Below are positions 27,895-32,000 of a stretch of DNA of 32,000 nt, in pieces. Positions within the stretch are counted from its first letter, which is position 1. Each line of letters begins with the position of its first letter. Source of the DNA: an uncultured Methanoregulaceae archaeon (GTDB taxonomy: Archaea; Halobacteriota; Methanomicrobia; Methanomicrobiales; Methanospirillaceae); assembly GCA_963841015.1 (NCBI GenBank), contig CAWJAX010000004.1, positions 12,040 through 44,039 on the forward strand, read 5' to 3'. Both the position numbers and the translations under genes were made by a program. The notes beneath the pieces were generated by a model. That model had not been told where the DNA came from. It did no database searches and worked only from the letters and a program-made list of their open reading frames with translations.

Positions 27895-28806
27895 GTGTCC
27901 CCAACCATTAACCGTGCACAATCAACAGAAAAAAGCCATCTTTCCCCTCCTGGCGGAACGGGAATCCGGATCGTAATTACCGGAAAGGGCGGGGTCGGTA
28001 AAACCACCATTACCGCTCTTCTGGCCCACCTGTTTGCACAGGAAGGGTTCAGGGTCCTCGCTGTTGACGGGGATCCTCAGCAGAACCTTGCAGTCACCAT
28101 GGGTATTCTGCCGCAGGATGCAGAGCGGATAGTACCGGTTTCGCAGAGTACTGATTACCTTCGGGAAAAAACCGGCGCCGGCCCGGGAATATCCCCGGGG
28201 GGACTTCTTACCCTCAATCCTGATGTCAGTGATGTCATTGACCGGTTCTCGGTCAGCGTTGCCAAAAACCTCCGGCTCCTAGTGATGGGTGGCGTCAGCC
28301 AGGCTGGTGGCGGTTGTCTCTGTCCTGAGTATACGCTCCTTTCAGCTATCTTCCGTCATATGCGTCTTCTTCCTGATGAAGTAGTCCTTCTTGACACCCC
28401 GGCGGGAATGGAGCATTTCGGCAGAGCGGTCGCAGACGGTTTTTCCTGTGCGCTGGTCGTTGCTGACCCGTCCTATAATGCGCTCGCTGTCGCAGAGGAA
28501 TCTGCAGGGCTTGCACAGCAGCTGGGAATCCAGGATAGAATCCTGGTAGTAAACAGGGTACACAAGCAGGCAGAGGTTGATAAAATACAAGAAATGATGG
28601 AGGCAGTTACAGGATTTTCCCGGATGGTTTTTTTACCCTGTGATCCTGAAATAATTCATCTCGAACCTGCAGTCAACCGGCTCCTTTCACGTGAATCCGT
28701 GTTTATTGATGAAATGCGTTTACTTGCAGCAACAGTTGCTGCACAAGAAGAGAACAGGCCCTCAGCAGTGTTGAAAAAAAATTGCAGACAGGAACTGTCA
28801 AGATGA
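27895..28806 (+). CDS. cooC: CooC-type Ni-insertion ATPase
   Basis: 303 aa; IVITGKGGVGKTTITALLAHLFAQEG, VDGDPQQNLA, GGCLCPEYTLL, immediately after cooS. Confidence 0.9.
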   Translation: MSPTINRAQSTEKSHLSPPGGTGIRIVITGKGGVGKTTITALLAHLFAQEGFRVLAVDGDPQQNLAVTMGILPQDAERIVPVSQSTDYLREKTGAGPGISPGGLLTLNPDVSDVIDRFSVSVAKNLRLLVMGGVSQAGGGCLCPEYTLLSAIFRHMRLLPDEVVLLDTPAGMEHFGRAVADGFSCALVVADPSYNALAVAEESAGLAQQLGIQDRILVVNRVHKQAEVDKIQEMMEAVTGFSRMVFLPCDPEIIHLEPAVNRLLSRESVFIDEMRLLAATVAAQEENRPSAVLKKNCRQELSR

Positions 28807-28896
28807 TGAAGCCTTGCTAAAAACATAATCTCCGTTTAAGATGAGCAGATCATTCCTGCCCATTGTCCTTTTTTTCCTTTGCTATTACAAAGCCAT

Positions 28897-29301
28897 TTAT
28901 GGGGTTTTCGGTTTCCCATGCCTATGATCGCCCGGTACCCACCGTCCCCCATCCTTTGTCAGCTCTTTTTTCCAGATGGGAACACCGGCTTTGATTGCCT
29001 CAATAATAAACCGGGATCCGGCGTAAGCCTCTTTTCGGTGTCCTGCAGCAACAATGATGATCAGTATATTCTCACCCACCGCAAGCCGCCCAATACGGTG
29101 GATGATATCGACATGCAGGAGCCGGAACTGTTCAGTCGCGTCTTTGGCAATTTTTTCCAGTTCCTGTGTTGCGACATCTTCGTACGCTTCGAGTTCCATC
29201 TCGGTAATATCGTCATCTCTGACGATACCATCGAAGACCACCACAGTCTCCCGTCCCCTGTTTCTTTGCTGCCTGAATGAGACCCCCGATATCGACATCA
29301 T
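28897..29301 (-). CDS. moaE: Molybdopterin synthase catalytic subunit-like
   Basis: 134 aa; ELEAYEDVATQELEKIAKDA, HRIGRLAVGENILIIIVAAGHRKEAYAGSRFIIEAIKAGVPIWKKE. Confidence 0.92.
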   Translation of the reverse strand: MMSISGVSFRQQRNRGRETVVVFDGIVRDDDITEMELEAYEDVATQELEKIAKDATEQFRLLHVDIIHRIGRLAVGENILIIIVAAGHRKEAYAGSRFIIEAIKAGVPIWKKELTKDGGRWVPGDHRHGKPKTP

Positions 29302-29328
29302 CTGTCTGGATTGAAATCATGCTTCACC

Positions 29329-29610
29329 TTAATTATCCTCCCGCAACCGGGGGAAAACTGCAATCTCATCACCATCGGTAACCGGGGTTTTTGCCGCATC
29401 AGCGATATCGATCCGTTTACCGTTTTTCATAAGGATGACAAACTCCCGAAACTCGCCTTTCTCATCAAAGATAGCAGCGTATCCCTCGGGATTTTTCTTT
29501 GCGACCGTGGTAATCAGCGGGGTGAACATTGTTCCCGCTGCCACATCAGTCATGATATCGCTCCCGAGCAGTTCACGGAACCGTGCAAAAAACCGGATCT
29601 TAACGCTCAT
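29329..29610 (-). CDS. moaD: MoaD/ThiS-like sulfur carrier protein
   Basis: MSVKIRFFARFRELLGSD...DGDEIAVFP; start set at MSVKIRFF. Confidence 0.7.
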   Translation of the reverse strand: MSVKIRFFARFRELLGSDIMTDVAAGTMFTPLITTVAKKNPEGYAAIFDEKGEFREFVILMKNGKRIDIADAAKTPVTDGDEIAVFPRLREDN

Positions 29611-30361
29611 TTTTTCTCCTTGCTGGTGTCTTCTTTTCCATACCACCACACGCTACGCAGGCTGGGTTGCGTTCCACGCATATCTCCTCTGCGTGCGCCA
29701 GTAATCCATCCCAGATGATGAGACGCCCCGTGAGCATTTCACCGATACCGAGCAGGTACTTCAGTACTTCATTGGCCTGAACCGTGCCGATGATTCCTGC
29801 TGTCGCACCCACCACCGGGAATATTTCCTGTGGCGGGGGTTTGGGAAAGATGCATTTCAGGCACGGGGTTGTTCCGGGAATGATGGTGGTTGCCTGCCCG
29901 TAGAATCCCCGGATACCTCCATGGAAGAGCGGGATCTCCTCTGCAATTGCGACCTCGTTGAGCAGGTAACGGGCAGGATAGTTGTCCAGGGCATCTACAA
30001 TCCCATCAGCTTCCCCCACCAGGTCAGCAGCATTGGTTTCATCAATCTTTATATCGATGGCGTGGATCGTGATGTCCGGGTTTATTTCCTGTAATTTTTC
30101 CTGAGCGGACTCGGTTTTCTTCCTGCCGATATCCCGGTCGAAATGGAGGATTTGTCGGTTCAGGTTCGTCCGGTCAACCACGTCCGTATCGACAATGGTG
30201 ATTGTTCCTACACCCGCGACAGCAAGATAGAGGGAAACCGGTGATCCGAGGCCCCCCGCACCTGCTATGAAGATATGCGCTTTTTTAAGTCGTTCCTGTC
30301 CCTCATCCCCGAAGAGCAACATCTGCCGCTTGTATCGTTCGCGTTCACGTTCTGAAAACAT
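29600..30361 (-). CDS. ThiF/MoeB/HesA-family adenylyltransferase
   Basis: 253 aa; GAGGLGSPVSLYLAVAGVGTITIVDTDVVDRTNLNRQILH; PCLKCIFP, PACVACGG cysteines. Confidence 0.93.
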   Translation of the reverse strand: MFSERERERYKRQMLLFGDEGQERLKKAHIFIAGAGGLGSPVSLYLAVAGVGTITIVDTDVVDRTNLNRQILHFDRDIGRKKTESAQEKLQEINPDITIHAIDIKIDETNAADLVGEADGIVDALDNYPARYLLNEVAIAEEIPLFHGGIRGFYGQATTIIPGTTPCLKCIFPKPPPQEIFPVVGATAGIIGTVQANEVLKYLLGIGEMLTGRLIIWDGLLAHAEEICVERNPACVACGGMEKKTPARRKNER

Positions 30362-30400
30362 TGTTCACCGGAATTTTGGATTTGTTCCTGCAGTCCTGCC

Positions 30401-30835
30401 TTAATGATCGCAGGTGAGATCTTCAGCATGATCATGGGAATGGGGATGTTTCTCCTCCCATGGTTCCAGCCCTTTCTTTACACGGTAATCGTTGATTGCC
30501 TTGTGAATGCCTTCTTCGGCCAGAACCGAGCAATGCATTTTGATAGGGGGCAGACCATCAAGCGCCTCTGCGACTGCTTTATTCGAGAGATCCCATGCCT
30601 CCTCCAGCGTCTTTCCCCTGACAAGTTCAGTTGCCATGCTGCTGGATGCAATTGCTGCTCCGCAGCCGAACGTTTTGAACTTCGCATCAACTACGATGTT
30701 GTTTTCGATCTTCAAAAAGATCTTCATGATATCCCCGCAAACCGGGTTCCCGACCTCGCCAACCCCGTCAGGGTTTTCAATCTCCCCAACATTTCGGGGA
30801 TTCCTGAAATGATCCATCACCGTGTCACTATACAT
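30401..30835 (-). CDS. nifU: NifU/IscU-type Fe-S scaffold
   Basis: MYSDTVMDHFRNPRNVGEIENPDGVGEVGNPVCGDIMKI...FKTFGCGAAIASSS; start at 30835 within the longer ORF. Confidence 0.93.
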   Translation of the reverse strand: MYSDTVMDHFRNPRNVGEIENPDGVGEVGNPVCGDIMKIFLKIENNIVVDAKFKTFGCGAAIASSSMATELVRGKTLEEAWDLSNKAVAEALDGLPPIKMHCSVLAEEGIHKAINDYRVKKGLEPWEEKHPHSHDHAEDLTCDH

Positions 30836-32000
30836 TGCATCCCCCTTCTTTTCCGCTCTTTTGGTAGAGCGGGGACATGTCCCGTAGTTTTTGTACGACT
30901 TTGGGGAGAATGTCGAGCACAATATCCACATCCCCTTCCTTATTTGCATCGCCCAGCGTGAGGCGGAGCGAGCCATGCGATATTTCGACCGGAAGCCCGG
31001 TCGCAAGTAATACGTGTGAGGGTTCAAGGGAACCGGATGTACAGGCACTTCCGGTTGATGCGCAGATACCTTCATCGTCCAGCCAGAGCAGCATCGACTC
31101 GCCTTCAATAAATTCAAAACTCACATTGAAGTTACCCGGCAGCCGTTTCTCAGGGTGCCCGTTCAGCCGTGCATTGGGAATTTTTTCCAGCACGCCTTTG
31201 AGGAGACGGTCCCGCATCGCTGTGATCGCTGCGTTGTGTCCCGGGATATCCGCAGTGGCAAGTTCGATAGCTTTCCCCAGACCGACAATACCGGCAATGT
31301 TCTCTGTTCCCGCACGACTTTTGCGTTCCTGGCCTCCACCATGAATAAGATTCTCGATCCGGACACCCTTTCTTATATAGAGTGCCCCTGCTCCTTTCGG
31401 GCCATAGAATTTGTGGGCAGAGAGGGAGAGCAGATCGATGTTTTGTGATTTCACATCAATCGGAATATTCCCTATAGCCTGCACCGCATCAGTATGGAAG
31501 TATATCTTGTGATTCCGGGCGATTGCACCGAGATCTCCAACGGGTTCTATTGTTCCGATCTCATTGTTGGCATACATAACCGAGATCAGGATCGTCTTTT
31601 CCGTGATAGCATTTTCCAGATCTTCAGGATTAACAAGACCGTACTGGTCAACCGGAAGATAGGTGACTTCAAAGCCTTCCTTTTCGAGAAACTTGCAGGT
31701 GTGGAGTACTGCGTGGTGCTCGATCTGTGTCGTGATGATGTGGTTACCACGCTTCCGGTTCGCAAGTGCCACTCCCTTGATCGCCCAGTTGTCTGATTCA
31801 CTCCCGCCAGAAGTAAAATAAATCTCGTCCGGGTCTGCACCCAATGCCTTTGCAGTCTGTACCCGGGCTGTTTCAATTGCCTTTTTCGAATGCCGGGCAA
31901 TGCTGTAAATGGAGGAGGGGTTGCCAAAATATTCCGTGAAGTAGGGGATCATGGCCTCCAATACCTCTGGTTTTACAAACGTGGTTGCAGCGTGATCCAG
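30828..32000 (-). CDS. nifS: NifS/IscS-type cysteine desulfurase (N-terminus outside window)
   Basis: LDHAATTFVKPEVLEAMIPYFTEYFGNPSS...; SLSAHKFYGPKG lysine motif; GSACTSGS active site; overlaps nifU by a few nt. Confidence 0.95.
   Translation of the reverse strand: MDHAATTFVKPEVLEAMIPYFTEYFGNPSSIYSIARHSKKAIETARVQTAKALGADPDEIYFTSGGSESDNWAIKGVALANRKRGNHIITTQIEHHAVLHTCKFLEKEGFEVTYLPVDQYGLVNPEDLENAITEKTILISVMYANNEIGTIEPVGDLGAIARNHKIYFHTDAVQAIGNIPIDVKSQNIDLLSLSAHKFYGPKGAGALYIRKGVRIENLIHGGGQERKSRAGTENIAGIVGLGKAIELATADIPGHNAAITAMRDRLLKGVLEKIPNARLNGHPEKRLPGNFNVSFEFIEGESMLLWLDDEGICASTGSACTSGSLEPSHVLLATGLPVEISHGSLRLTLGDANKEGDVDIVLDILPKVVQKLRDMSPLYQKSGKEGGCNV

Noticed and set aside
1-32000. CRISPR array, tRNA or rRNA genes, transposase genes
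   Set aside because: Looked for regularly spaced direct repeats, cloverleaf or rRNA signatures and transposase motifs; none recognised. The three-copy repeat is dispersed and has no spacers or encoded transposase.

Overview
Archaeal (probably methanogen-like, from protein content; taxonomy is inference) 32 kb window centred on an arsenic/metal-resistance island. (1) Left flank: 3' end of a P-type cation ATPase, a remnant of a sodium:neurotransmitter symporter, a tandem UspA protein, a sodium:solute symporter with a 35-aa membrane ORF overlapping its start codon, and a CPA2/Kef-type antiporter. (2) A tightly coupled leftward operon ArsR - AbrB-like - ArsF-like lipoprotein - ArsG-like CcdA-type permease (11850->9971). 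(3) A heavy-metal P-type ATPase with CxC-type HMA domains, an intramembrane CSC in place of CPC, and a Cys-cluster C-terminal tail, broken by about 4 frameshifts (12118-14789). (4) ArsR divergent from a ten-gene rightward cluster (15504-21140): ArsP-like permease, 86-aa unknown, redox-active thioredoxin, DGC/zinc-binding protein, ferredoxin:thioredoxin-reductase-like protein, DUF2703-like protein, Acr3, ArsC, ArsM, second DGC protein. (5) Right flank: ABC-2 exporter, C39-like peptidase, paired small membrane proteins, HxlR regulator, CopZ-like 2Fe-2S metallochaperone, CooS-CooC, MoaE/MoaD/ThiF, NifU/NifS. Main candidate novelties: a 16-bp palindrome found three times at the two ArsR promoters (TTCAWWWAAATTTGAA-like), a dispersed ~210-280 bp non-coding repeat in three copies, the atypical CSC/CxC ATPase with its Cys tail, a possible ferredoxin-FTR-thioredoxin-ArsC redox relay, and small ORFs missing from the supplied track. 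At least nine apparent frameshifts interrupt conserved genes; indel error versus real decay cannot be decided from sequence alone.
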